57,190 bases of DNA from a virus (Duplodnaviria > Caudoviricetes). Within the stretch, counting starts at the first letter, position 1, and each line of letters begins with the position of its first letter. The translations under genes and the position numbers were made by a program. Below, piece after piece: positions 17,204-26,078 of the stretch. Where the stretch lies: positions 1 through 57,190 of IMG/VR virus record IMGVR_UViG_3300037420_000354, one strand, 5' to 3'. A model generated the notes under the pieces. That model searched no databases and was not told the DNA's origin. It was given only the letters and a program-made list of their open reading frames with translations.

Positions 17204-17381
17204 AGAACTGAAACAAGCCGGGATACGGCTTTTTGGCGAGCGCGGGTGGCAATCTGCGCTCGCCAAGCATTTGGGAGTCGACCGAACGCAGATATGGCGT
17301 TACGTCACAAACAACAGTGTTCCTGGTCCTGTGGCCGCAGCCGTCTTGTGCTGGCTTAAGGCTGGACGACCTGATGACTAA
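17184..17381 (+). CDS. small XRE/Cro-like HTH protein
   Basis: WQSALAKHLGVDRTQIWRYV HTH; overlaps the end of Ro60. Confidence 0.75.
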   Translation: MPELSGEELKQAGIRLFGERGWQSALAKHLGVDRTQIWRYVTNNSVPGPVAAAVLCWLKAGRPDD

Positions 17382-17386
17382 ACGAC

Positions 17387-17424
17387 AAAAAGCGCCCGGC
17401 TGACCACTGAGGGCCAACCGGGCG
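17387..17424 (-). terminator. intrinsic terminator at the convergence of early and late transcription
   Basis: CGCCCGGTTGGCC...GGTCAGCCGGGCG stem followed by TTTTT on the minus strand. Confidence 0.6.
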
Positions 17425-17470
17425 AGACAAGATAGGTAGAGAACGTGCAGCGTGGAAAATCAGTTCCGGC

Positions 17471-17971
17471 TCAGAACGGCGCCATGTTCATGCCGGCAAT
17501 AATCCCAACAAGCACGGCAACTGAAACCAGTGTAAATATCCACATGATCGAATATGAACGCGTCGAAGTGTTCGGCGGCTCTGGCCCGACATAAAGCAGC
17601 CAGAAGCCAACCACCATAACCGCCCTGCCGAAGCTTGACGTTGCCGTGCCTGTCCAGTCGGGAGGCTGCCCGAAATAAACCCACAGCAGCCAGAACAAGC
17701 CGTCATAGACAGCGCCAGCAGCAAGCAGCGTGGCACCGTAGATGGCGAGATGACTGCCCTCGCCGCCCACCTCATGGCTGCGCAGGTCAAGGAAGAGGAT
17801 TCGGTACGTTGTCTTGGCATAGCTTGCCAGCGTCAGAACGCCCGCCAGCAGCAGCGCGAGCGATGCGGCACTCGATACATAAGGATTGGCGGCAAACGCC
17901 CCTACGAACCAATACAGGGCAACAAATATAATGCTGGCAAGCAGGAGCGGCTTCTTCTGCAATCTCTTCAC
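17471..17971 (-). CDS. multi-pass membrane protein (about 5 TM)
   Basis: several long hydrophobic segments. Confidence 0.65.
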   Translation of the reverse strand: MKRLQKKPLLLASIIFVALYWFVGAFAANPYVSSAASLALLLAGVLTLASYAKTTYRILFLDLRSHEVGGEGSHLAIYGATLLAAGAVYDGLFWLLWVYFGQPPDWTGTATSSFGRAVMVVGFWLLYVGPEPPNTSTRSYSIMWIFTLVSVAVLVGIIAGMNMAPF

Positions 17972-18207
17972 TTTTTTGCACCCTCTTCCCGCGTCAATGG
18001 ATATCGATCTGGATCATTAATAAGCTTCATTGCGCCGGCCCATGTCATCGGGATGCGTGATCCGCTCTCGATGCGCTGCACCGTCTGTTTAAGTCCCTGG
18101 CGCTCCTGCTTTATCAGGCGTTCAATCTCGGCATTGTCCGCGGCGCGCATCTCCTCTTCTGATGGGCCGATATGCGAAATGCCTAGAAGCCTGTGGAGCA
18201 TTTTCAT
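17968..18207 (-). CDS. hypothetical protein
   Basis: coupled to both neighbours. Confidence 0.55.
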   Translation of the reverse strand: MKMLHRLLGISHIGPSEEEMRAADNAEIERLIKQERQGLKQTVQRIESGSRIPMTWAGAMKLINDPDRYPLTREEGAKK

Positions 18208-18485
18208 TATACCCTGTCCCGGCCTACGGCGCGCTCTACCAAGGAGTTGCGCATCTCATCGATTGCAATAGCGAGATTATGCGTTTTCCTGATGTCGTCT
18301 AGGTGCATTTCGCGAGTTCTGTCGTGAGCGAGTTTCTCTGCGTCCAGCCTGGCTTGCAAATCCTTGATGTCCTGCCGAAGCGCGCGGACGACGAAGAATG
18401 TCACTACTAGCGTTAGGACGAGGCATGCGCCGAGAACCGAGGAGTTGAGTGTCCTCGCCGCCTCGGTGATCACCTCATCGGGCAT
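18207..18485 (-). CDS. single-TM coiled-coil protein (holin/antiholin-like)
   Basis: VLGACLVLTLVVTFFVV then coiled coil. Confidence 0.55.
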   Translation of the reverse strand: MPDEVITEAARTLNSSVLGACLVLTLVVTFFVVRALRQDIKDLQARLDAEKLAHDRTREMHLDDIRKTHNLAIAIDEMRNSLVERAVGRDRV

Positions 18486-18533
18486 GGCTGCTATCTCTTG
18501 CTGCGCTTTTTCTTCAGGACACGGAGCACAAGA

Positions 18534-18995
18534 TCATCGAATAGAATTCCGAGCGCTATGAAGATACCTATTGAAATTATGAAATAAATTACTGTGTCCA
18601 TGCTCGCCAATCATCTGGACGATGCCCGTTCCTGAGATTGCGAGAATAGCGCAAAGGTTGAACACTTCCAACAGGCTCGCGTACATAATCTGGCTGGCGA
18701 TAAACCCGCCGATCATGAGGAGGCTGGAAAGAACGGAAAGCCAGAAAGAGCCGAACACGAGCAGTTCCCATTTCTCTTTCGCACCAAAAAAGAGCGCGAT
18801 GCAGACTAGGCTATCGCAACTCAGCGTCAGGATGGGGTGCAGATGATGGTTGCCACCGTAGTCGTAATATAGCGTTGAGACGAAGAACGATGCCCCGCCC
18901 GCACCAATCCACCACCACGCGCGCGGAACGTTCCATGACAGCGCCATGGCAACGAGCGCGAGGGCGATTAACGTCCACGTGTACGGGCTCTCCAT
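18534..18995 (-). CDS. multi-pass membrane protein
   Basis: about 5 hydrophobic segments; GGGAG SD. Confidence 0.65.
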   Translation of the reverse strand: MESPYTWTLIALALVAMALSWNVPRAWWWIGAGGASFFVSTLYYDYGGNHHLHPILTLSCDSLVCIALFFGAKEKWELLVFGSFWLSVLSSLLMIGGFIASQIMYASLLEVFNLCAILAISGTGIVQMIGEHGHSNLFHNFNRYLHSARNSIR

Positions 18996-19000
18996 GTCGG

Positions 19001-19342
19001 CTATCTCCCGCCGCCGTCTGTGTGAACCCCGCCAAGGGCAACGCCGCCGATGCTCGTCAGGTCGCCCGTATCCACGCCATTTGCGGCGCAGGCTTGTTGC
19101 TGCTCGATATGGAGTTCCGCCGCCAATTCCGCAGCCTCGGCAATCACGCCGTAAATCCGCCTTGCGCGGGCCAACATCTTCTTGCCATGCAGCGCGCGGA
19201 CCATGCCGAGTTCAACGCCCTTGGCCGTCACATCGATGTTGAGCTTTGCGGATTTCAGGGCTGCGGTGAGGTGGCGATCAATGCCACCTTGGGCGATAAC
19301 GCCTTTTGCGGCTACGTCTTCCTTGGTGATCATTGTGGGCAT
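19001..19342 (-). CDS. hypothetical protein
   Basis: AAGGG SD; co-oriented. Confidence 0.6.
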   Translation of the reverse strand: MPTMITKEDVAAKGVIAQGGIDRHLTAALKSAKLNIDVTAKGVELGMVRALHGKKMLARARRIYGVIAEAAELAAELHIEQQQACAANGVDTGDLTSIGGVALGGVHTDGGGR

Positions 19343-19370
19343 TTTGATTTCCCTTGCTGAGAGACGCGGA

Positions 19371-19484
19371 TTATGCGTGGCGCCTGAGCCAAACCCTGAA
19401 CACTTCGTCTGTGAGGTGTTCTTGCCATTGCCGTTCTGACATTTGGCCGGAGAGGTAGCAGGCGAGGAGGAGAGCGTAGGTCAT
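19371..19484 (-). CDS. 37-aa hypothetical protein
   Basis: MTYALLLACYLSGQMSERQWQEHL... fills the intergenic gap. Confidence 0.45.
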   Translation of the reverse strand: MTYALLLACYLSGQMSERQWQEHLTDEVFRVWLRRHA

Positions 19485-19495
19485 GGTTCCAGGTG

Positions 19496-21466
19496 TCAGT
19501 AATCCAGATAGTTGGAGCCTGATTGATAGATAGTGCGAATACGGGTTTCGCGGTTGGCCGCGATGACGCCGCCCGCCGCTGGCAAATCGAAAGCCGGGTA
19601 TGCTCCAGCAGATAATGTCATGCCGTTCAGCCAATGCACAAACCAGCGCCGCCGCTGCTTGTAAGCTTGGAACTGCGCCGTCGCAGCCGCTCCCGATCCA
19701 CCACCGCCTGTGAATGAAATGGTGGGGGCAGAAGTGTATCCAGATCCGAAATTGGTCATTCGAATGCCGCAGACAATTCCGGCCTGATCGATATACGCCG
19801 TGGCTGCGGCACCGCTACCGCCTCCGCCCGTGAACACCACTGTCGGAGCAGAGGTGTAGCCCGTGCCGCCGTTAGTGACCGACACCCATGTGACTTTGTC
19901 TTTGTATGTGTCCCAAGTGTATGTCGTAAACTTGGTGATGGTGGTCGCTGCGCCAGAAATAGCGACATCATCGTAAAGTTCAGGAACGACGACGGAGTTG
20001 GAGACAATGTTGCCATCCCACTTGCCATCCGACTTCCACGTATTGCGCTTGATGTTCCAGTTGGAGCCGAGGACCAAGACAGCCTTCTGGCGCGCCAAAG
20101 CCTCATCGGAGCCGTCGGTGACATGGAAATCATTGTCGTAGATCGAGCCGTTCGGAAAGCCGTTTTCGATGCGGATGCCGTATACGCCCGATGCCATGCC
20201 GATTTTGTTGCCGCAGATTGTGACGTTCTCGCCGACGCCCTGGAACGCTACCCCAGACCCATCTGTCTCCACAGGCGTGCCATAAATCGCATTCCCGGTC
20301 TGGCCATTGACGATGTTGTTTGAAACGACCGTTCCAGTCGATGCGCCAACGTTTATGCCCGTATAACCGCCCTCAACAGTATTGCCGTTGATGCGAGAAT
20401 CGGTCGTCCGGCCAGCATCAACAGTCCATGAGGCAGAACTTTGAAGATAATTATCGGAAATATCCAGCGCCTCACCGATAGCCAGCAACGCCGCCGACGT
20501 ATTGTGCTCCAAAACGTTGCCGGTGAAGATAATTCCATGCCCTGAGATTGCGGCACCGTAGCTGCCATTCCCCCAAGCATTGTTTCCAGACGCGGTTATC
20601 CATTTAGCATCCGGGTTCTCGGAGCCCCATCGCGTACTCGATCCGCTGGCATTGGTAGTGTTCGGATTACCGATAACAATGCCCGCATCACTATTGCCAT
20701 GTGCCTTATTGTTGGTAACCGAGCCGCGGCGAATCTGCTTGAGGAGTGCCGTGTCGTTGAAATCGACGCGGATGCCGCTGTCCCCGTTGTCGTGGGCGTC
20801 ACAGCCGGAAACCTCCAAGTTTTCGCTGTGCTGCGACCAGAAGCCATCCTTTTCGTTATTGTGGAAGCGACAATTAAATACCCGCCTGCGGATGCCAGAA
20901 GGATCGACGCCGGACGAGTCTTGAGTTCCTCCCAGCGTCAAGCCGTAACCAAGATTGGCCCCGGTAGCGCCACCGAATTCGCACTCCTCCAAGTCCAGAT
21001 CGAGGCAACTGGCACCAGCGCGGACATTCCATACGTCGCCGCCCATGCCATTGCCGTCAAAGTAAATCCCCCGTGCCCTCATCTTCGGTGTGGACATGCC
21101 CATCCATGAGCCAGAGACGCTATCAACGGTGCGGCGAAGACGGGTTTGGCTGCCGCCGCTGATCAGACTGAGAGTGCCAATGTTGGTATAATTGAACTGC
21201 CTGCCATCCAGATCAACAATTCCTGGCGGCAGAATGATATCGCCTCCCGTCGCTATTCCAGCAGCAAACGCAGCAGAATTTTCTGCTGCCGTATTTGACG
21301 TGGAAATACCAGTCAAATAGATTCCCCTCAGTACGTAAGGAGCAACCAATGGGGCATCGGCGCGGACTGCGGCGTTGCTGCTGTCAACGCATACTTGCGT
21401 GGCAAGACTGGTTGAGGCGGCAGGAAGATTTGCCAAGGCGCTGGAAAGCGTCACGGTGTTAGCCAT
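19496..21466 (-). CDS. tailspike / right-handed beta-helix depolymerase
   Basis: parallel beta-helix repeats (NNKAHGNSDAGI etc.); two C-terminal GxGYTSAPT..FTGGGGSGAAATA repeats. Confidence 0.75.
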   Translation of the reverse strand: MANTVTLSSALANLPAASTSLATQVCVDSSNAAVRADAPLVAPYVLRGIYLTGISTSNTAAENSAAFAAGIATGGDIILPPGIVDLDGRQFNYTNIGTLSLISGGSQTRLRRTVDSVSGSWMGMSTPKMRARGIYFDGNGMGGDVWNVRAGASCLDLDLEECEFGGATGANLGYGLTLGGTQDSSGVDPSGIRRRVFNCRFHNNEKDGFWSQHSENLEVSGCDAHDNGDSGIRVDFNDTALLKQIRRGSVTNNKAHGNSDAGIVIGNPNTTNASGSSTRWGSENPDAKWITASGNNAWGNGSYGAAISGHGIIFTGNVLEHNTSAALLAIGEALDISDNYLQSSASWTVDAGRTTDSRINGNTVEGGYTGINVGASTGTVVSNNIVNGQTGNAIYGTPVETDGSGVAFQGVGENVTICGNKIGMASGVYGIRIENGFPNGSIYDNDFHVTDGSDEALARQKAVLVLGSNWNIKRNTWKSDGKWDGNIVSNSVVVPELYDDVAISGAATTITKFTTYTWDTYKDKVTWVSVTNGGTGYTSAPTVVFTGGGGSGAAATAYIDQAGIVCGIRMTNFGSGYTSAPTISFTGGGGSGAAATAQFQAYKQRRRWFVHWLNGMTLSAGAYPAFDLPAAGGVIAANRETRIRTIYQSGSNYLDY

Positions 21467-21517
21467 GTAGCGCGGGCTCCATGTGAAATTGCTGGATTTT
21501 TGGGAAAATGGCGCGGC

Positions 21518-21577
21518 TTAGGCTGCCGAGTAGCCTTGGGCGTTGAAGAAGACGGCGTCTACTACCGCCACCGACAT
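21518..21577 (-). pseudogene. relic 3' end of a paralogue/allele of the 21808-23571 gene
   Basis: reads ...DAVFFNAQGYSAA* versus ...GGVFASVQGYSAA* of the upstream gene. Confidence 0.6.
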
Positions 21578-21600
21578 AGGCCCCACAGTTTCTATGAGGG

Positions 21601-21795
21601 CTAACCTAGAGACTTCACCAAGACGGAAATGGACTTGTCCCCAAGCTCGGCAAGTTTTTCGTCAAGCTCATCGTCATTAAGCGATATACTCTTGCCGTTG
21701 GCGGCGATGTACGCGAGACGAACTTCGTCAATCTTGGCCTGAGAAACCAGACGGATATAGCCAGGCTGACCGGGAAAGATTCTTTCTTCGTTCAT
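21601..21795 (-). CDS. small hypothetical protein
   Basis: AGGAG SD. Confidence 0.6.
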   Translation of the reverse strand: MNEERIFPGQPGYIRLVSQAKIDEVRLAYIAANGKSISLNDDELDEKLAELGDKSISVLVKSLG

Positions 21796-21807
21796 AACAA
21801 GCTCCTG

Positions 21808-23571
21808 TTAAGCGGCTGAATAACCCTGAACACTGGCGAAGACGCCGCCAGTGACTGCGGTAAGGGTGACGATTTCGAGAAGAGTTGCGGCTGATCCTCG
21901 AAGCGGCGTGGGAAAGACGACATTGATCCCTTCCGTTGCTGTCGTCTGGAGCTTCTGGCGCCAGATCACCGTGCCTGCCGCACCGTCTCGAATGGCGAAC
22001 TCAGTAACGCCACCGAGAGCGTCATGGGAGAGCGTAAGGCCGGTAACGTAGTTGCGAATGCCAGCACCAGCCGCAGCTTTGATAGTGACTGCCGTTGTCG
22101 TATTAGCGATACCGCCGGATGCCGCGGCATATACCCAGTCAATGTCGGCGGTGGCGAAGTCCTTGACGACGAGTTGGCCGGCTGGCGTCATGAAAAGGTC
22201 GGAAACATCGCCTGCGATTAGTGTGGTATCGGCCGCGGTGTTAACACGACCAGCCATGCGAACAGGATTGCCAGAAGAAGCAGCCGAGTGCGCTGCTGTG
22301 CCGCCCGAGATGAACGTGAGGCCGTTATTGCCCATAATTTCAGTGGGAAGCCATGCGCCACGTGGAATTGGGATAAGGTCAGTGATGGATACCTGTTGGG
22401 TGACGAAGTTATCGACTTCCAAGAAATCAATAGTCGCCGTAGTGGTAGAGCCGGGAGCGGACGAGCCGTTGACTACACGAATCTGTAGATACAACGGGGT
22501 GGTTGACGCAGGTATGTTACGATCCGAGGAAGCTCTGGGAGTGAATGAGGAGCTACTCGAACCGACTTTATCAGTATATCCTGAAGTGCGCCCGTTGTTA
22601 TTGATAGAGGCCAGATGGCCAGATGCCGATGTATTGATGGTAGCGGTGATATCTGCGATCTGCCAGCCGTTACGTTGGGTGCCAAACAAGGCGTTCGTCG
22701 CAGTATTAGAGGTGTAGAGAACGTGGTGGTAATTCCAGCCGAAAAGCGAACACGTGCCAGAACCAGAGCCAGGGAAGCCAGACACGGTTAGAGTAACCGC
22801 CGTGCCGGAAACACTGGCGATAGTGGCGCGTTGCGAGAGGCATGAAGCAAGCGACAGGGTGCCGATATAAACGCCTTGTCCAGCGTTTTGTGCAGTTGTC
22901 CATGTGGTCCCCGGCACCGTGACAACAATCGTCGTCGCATTGGTGACAGTGAAAGCAAGTCCATCGCCGATCAGATCCACCAATTCGACGTAGGTGTCGT
23001 TGTTTGCGATGCGCTGCGATAGAGTCAGGAAATACCGAAGTTCGAAACTATCCATCCATGTCTGTGTCGAACGGATGATGCTTTCCGAGTAAGTCGTGGT
23101 GCCAGACGTGATTGTGAGAGAGCCAGACGCCTGTGAAATCGCCATCCCGGCCCCGGTTTGGACAACTGTCATAACTGAAGTATCAACGCCGCTGGCTACG
23201 ACGTTATCAAAATCAGCCCGCCATGTTTTTTGCGGAGATAGCCTAATCGGAAGAGATTCAGTCAATTGGGTCGGCAGAGATGCCGACAGCGCCCCAGCGC
23301 CAGTGCTGGACAGCAGATAGGAGCGAAGGCCACCGAATATCGTCAGGCTCAGTGGATCAGTCTGCCCCGTCGTATATGTCGGCGCTGCAGTCGTGACAGC
23401 ACCTTGCGACAACACCCCAGATTGCCCCGACGTCGTGGAGCCTTGCGCAACCGTGCCACCAGTTGAGGTGACGGAGCCGCCAATGGCGACAACCTCGGCA
23501 TGGGTGCCGTCGCCCTGGTCTTTCAGAAGCTTGAACGGCCCTACATTGGTGGGCTGTTTTACGTCGGCCAT
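21808..23571 (-). CDS. tail fibre / virion structural protein (T/S/G-rich, beta-rich)
   Basis: 587 aa, late-operon position, AAGGT SD. Confidence 0.65.
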   Translation of the reverse strand: MADVKQPTNVGPFKLLKDQGDGTHAEVVAIGGSVTSTGGTVAQGSTTSGQSGVLSQGAVTTAAPTYTTGQTDPLSLTIFGGLRSYLLSSTGAGALSASLPTQLTESLPIRLSPQKTWRADFDNVVASGVDTSVMTVVQTGAGMAISQASGSLTITSGTTTYSESIIRSTQTWMDSFELRYFLTLSQRIANNDTYVELVDLIGDGLAFTVTNATTIVVTVPGTTWTTAQNAGQGVYIGTLSLASCLSQRATIASVSGTAVTLTVSGFPGSGSGTCSLFGWNYHHVLYTSNTATNALFGTQRNGWQIADITATINTSASGHLASINNNGRTSGYTDKVGSSSSSFTPRASSDRNIPASTTPLYLQIRVVNGSSAPGSTTTATIDFLEVDNFVTQQVSITDLIPIPRGAWLPTEIMGNNGLTFISGGTAAHSAASSGNPVRMAGRVNTAADTTLIAGDVSDLFMTPAGQLVVKDFATADIDWVYAAASGGIANTTTAVTIKAAAGAGIRNYVTGLTLSHDALGGVTEFAIRDGAAGTVIWRQKLQTTATEGINVVFPTPLRGSAATLLEIVTLTAVTGGVFASVQGYSAA

Positions 23572-23588
23572 TTGGGCTACCTTTCAAT

Positions 23589-23616
23589 AAAAAAAGGCCC
23601 CCGAAAGGGAGCCTTG
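23589..23616 (-). terminator. intrinsic terminator (copy 1 of 3 similar)
   Basis: GGCTCCC-TTTC-GGGGGCC followed by a T-run on the minus strand. Confidence 0.7.
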
Positions 23617-23694
23617 GAGAGATGATGGATGGTTGATTTCTGCTAGTTGCTTATGAGCGAGACGACATAGAGCCCCGTGGCTTTTTGGCGCCGA

Positions 23695-24861
23695 TCAGTT
23701 CAGCAGCCGCGGCAATTGCGCCTTGATGGCATTGGCCATGTGGCCACCAGCAACAATTGCCCCGGCTGCATTGACGTGTAGATTATCCTGCCCGCTATCC
23801 TTGGCGAAATATGCACCACCAGAAGCCATCGCTCCTGTCGAACCCATCAGTGTATAGAGGTTTGCGCCGTCATGGATCAGCGTAGGATACGTGCCGATAT
23901 GAAACGCCTTCGTGGAGGCAATCCCAGTTGTTAACGTATCGTATTGTGTTGTCGTTGCTCCGCCTGGCCAGAACATCGACAGTCCAAGGAACACATGGAT
24001 ACCGCGAGACAGGAAGAAATCGGCGACGTTGTTGAGCGCCGAACTGTAATCTGCGGATGATCGCGCGATGTCGGCTTGCGCGTTGCCAAGATAAACGGCT
24101 TTAAACTCGGCGTCACGAACGCGCTGCAATTCTTCCAACGTTTGATGCAAGATGCCATATGGATCGAAACCGGATCGAACCGAATTGAGGCGAAGATCGG
24201 CAAAGTACGTCTGGCCGAGATAGCTTGGATTGCCGCCGCTCGTCGCCAAGCACGTCCAGACGCACGTTCCATCCGTGACGGTATCGCCGACATTTGCCGC
24301 AGAAAAAGTCGGCGCTGACCCGGCGGACGCTTGAGAGCCGATATCCCGGCGATAGTCCAATTCGAAGACATTGGTCGTTTCGTTGGCAATCGTCATGCCG
24401 TTGTACATCACATAGGATGCGCGGCCTGTAGTGCACTGGAAAAGCCGGTTGCTGACGACGATCATATCGCCGTAGCATCCTCGATCGCCAGGGCCTTCGG
24501 TTGCCCGCTTTGCTCGATAGGCAAACGTATTGGCGCGCGCGACCAGTTCGCCGCAGGCGTCTTTTGGCATACTCATCGAGCCCTTTGACGCATTGATGAT
24601 CTGAGCGTCATAGCCCCAATCGTAAAGGTCATCATACAGCTTGAAGAGTGGCCCGCCTTGATTGGTTACGGACGGCCCAAGCGGCGTTTTGATTTCCGGC
24701 CTTCTCAGCGAAGCGTATGCCTGCGGATATGCCGTGATAGACGCCACACTGCTGATCGTTTCTGTCTTGGATACCTGCCCGCGTTCGTTGGATTGCCCCA
24801 AGACAGCCAACGCAATCTTGGTGCGGCGCAGATGCTTTCTCGTAGTTTCAGTGATCGTCAT
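23695..24861 (-). CDS. SGNH / sialate O-acetylesterase-like tail-associated esterase
   Basis: AVLGQSN nucleophile motif and DNLH (DxxH) motif; internal GDTVTDGTCVWTC module. Confidence 0.7.
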   Translation of the reverse strand: MTITETTRKHLRRTKIALAVLGQSNERGQVSKTETISSVASITAYPQAYASLRRPEIKTPLGPSVTNQGGPLFKLYDDLYDWGYDAQIINASKGSMSMPKDACGELVARANTFAYRAKRATEGPGDRGCYGDMIVVSNRLFQCTTGRASYVMYNGMTIANETTNVFELDYRRDIGSQASAGSAPTFSAANVGDTVTDGTCVWTCLATSGGNPSYLGQTYFADLRLNSVRSGFDPYGILHQTLEELQRVRDAEFKAVYLGNAQADIARSSADYSSALNNVADFFLSRGIHVFLGLSMFWPGGATTTQYDTLTTGIASTKAFHIGTYPTLIHDGANLYTLMGSTGAMASGGAYFAKDSGQDNLHVNAAGAIVAGGHMANAIKAQLPRLLN

Positions 24862-25010
24862 GCGACGTTCTCCACGACATAGGAACCGTCGGGCCAAACC
24901 TCGTAGGAGCCGTCAGGCATGATTGAATAGGCAAAGCCAGCGGACAACGGAGGGCGGCTGCTGCTGCTATCCGTAAGCCCTCGTCGCAACCCCAATAACA
25001 GTCGCAGCAT
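24858..25010 (-). CDS. 50-aa hypothetical protein (not in ORF track)
   Basis: MLRLLLGLRRG...PDGSYEVWPDGSYVVENVA*; overlaps both neighbours. Confidence 0.5.
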   Translation of the reverse strand: MLRLLLGLRRGLTDSSSSRPPLSAGFAYSIMPDGSYEVWPDGSYVVENVA

Positions 25011-25321
25011 CAGCGCTTCTCCATCTTGATTTTGAGGCTGTCGTGGAAGGCAGCGCAGCGCCCCACACGCGCGTTTGCTTTGTCGAGTTGCCCACGCTCT
25101 CGGATCAGGACGGAACGCGCCTCAGCGCCTTCTGTGAGGGCAGCGTGAGGCTCCTGAAAGCGACAATCACCGGGCAGATCGGGCAGGAGAATGCCAGCCT
25201 CAATGCGGCCCCTTTCGCTTGACGACTGGAGCAGCCTTGCCCGTTCCGTTGTGCATGATTGTGCCAATATCAGCACGAGTGAGAGAGCACTTGCGCTTCT
25301 CGTCATCCAACTGCTTTTCAT
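25010..25321 (-). CDS. o-spanin (Rz1-like lipoprotein)
   Basis: AAGGAG SD, lipobox-like LILAQSC, start embedded in the i-spanin 3' end. Confidence 0.7.
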   Translation of the reverse strand: MKSSWMTRSASALSLVLILAQSCTTERARLLQSSSERGRIEAGILLPDLPGDCRFQEPHAALTEGAEARSVLIRERGQLDKANARVGRCAAFHDSLKIKMEKR

Positions 25322-25664
25322 AGTCGGCAATCTCCTTGTCTTGGGCCGCATCATTCCGAGCGGACTCCTCTTGGACGATGGCAAGTTTCTTGCGGTATTC
25401 CTCTGCGCTTTGCGCATTGATGTCGGCCTGGCGCTTGGCTTCGGCGGCCTTGGCATCGGCCGTGGTCTTTTCGGATAACTTTACGAAGCCTTCGAGCGCG
25501 GTTTCCTTGCGCCGGCCAACTTCTCCCTGGATTACCCACCCAACGACAGGGATATGGCCGATGAACGGGATGTCGCGGGCGAACGGGATGCCCTCGTAGA
25601 AAATGACGACCAGCGCCACCGCAATAAGCACCGCGGAGATCGAGCGCAGAAGGCTTGTGATCAT
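25200..25664 (-). CDS. i-spanin (Rz-like)
   Basis: N-terminal TM, coiled coil and C-terminal Cys; overlaps the o-spanin. Confidence 0.7.
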   Translation of the reverse strand: MITSLLRSISAVLIAVALVVIFYEGIPFARDIPFIGHIPVVGWVIQGEVGRRKETALEGFVKLSEKTTADAKAAEAKRQADINAQSAEEYRKKLAIVQEESARNDAAQDKEIADYEKQLDDEKRKCSLTRADIGTIMHNGTGKAAPVVKRKGPH

Positions 25665-25978
25665 GGCTTTTGCTCGCTTGTCGTTGTGACTGTTGCTGCG
25701 TTGTCAGTCACTTCCGCTTTGACGGTGGTTTCGGTGTTGCTTGGCGGACCGCCCCAGTTTGTCTGCTTCGAAATCCAGTCTTGCGTAAACGCCGCCGTAG
25801 CATAACCCAAGATTGGAACTGTCAAGGCGGACCACGCCACCAATGCGGCGTCTGGAGCGAATTGCGTTATCGGCAGCCGAACCATTAGATATGTCCCAAG
25901 CGCCATCCACCAGCCCATTAGGAATGCCGCTATTTCCCTTTTTAAGGTTGATTTTGTTATGTAATTCCAAAAATTCAT
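25661..25978 (-). CDS. putative holin (2 TM)
   Basis: two hydrophobic segments; lies between endolysin and spanins. Confidence 0.55.
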   Translation of the reverse strand: MNFWNYITKSTLKREIAAFLMGWWMALGTYLMVRLPITQFAPDAALVAWSALTVPILGYATAAFTQDWISKQTNWGGPPSNTETTVKAEVTDNAATVTTTSEQKP

Positions 25979-26011
25979 AGCATCACCGCTCTCAATATGT
26001 GCTATAAACGA

Positions 26012-26078
26012 CGAACGCGCCGAAGGGCTGGAACCCGACGACGCGCTCTAACCAAGCCCCGCCTGTAAGGAGGTAGAG
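26012..26078 (+). promoter_or_regulatory. structured leader shared with the HNH gene at 15025
   Basis: CGAACGCGC..hairpin..CGCGCTCTAACCAAGCCC..CCTGTAAGGAGGT..ATGGCTG. Confidence 0.55.

Noticed and set aside
21518-21860. DGR template/variable repeat pair
   Set aside because: Differences are not adenine-specific and there is no reverse transcriptase in the window
23642-23695. Possible second orphan gene end (...ATGLYVVSLISN*) after the esterase
   Set aside because: No matching paralogue in the window; too short to support
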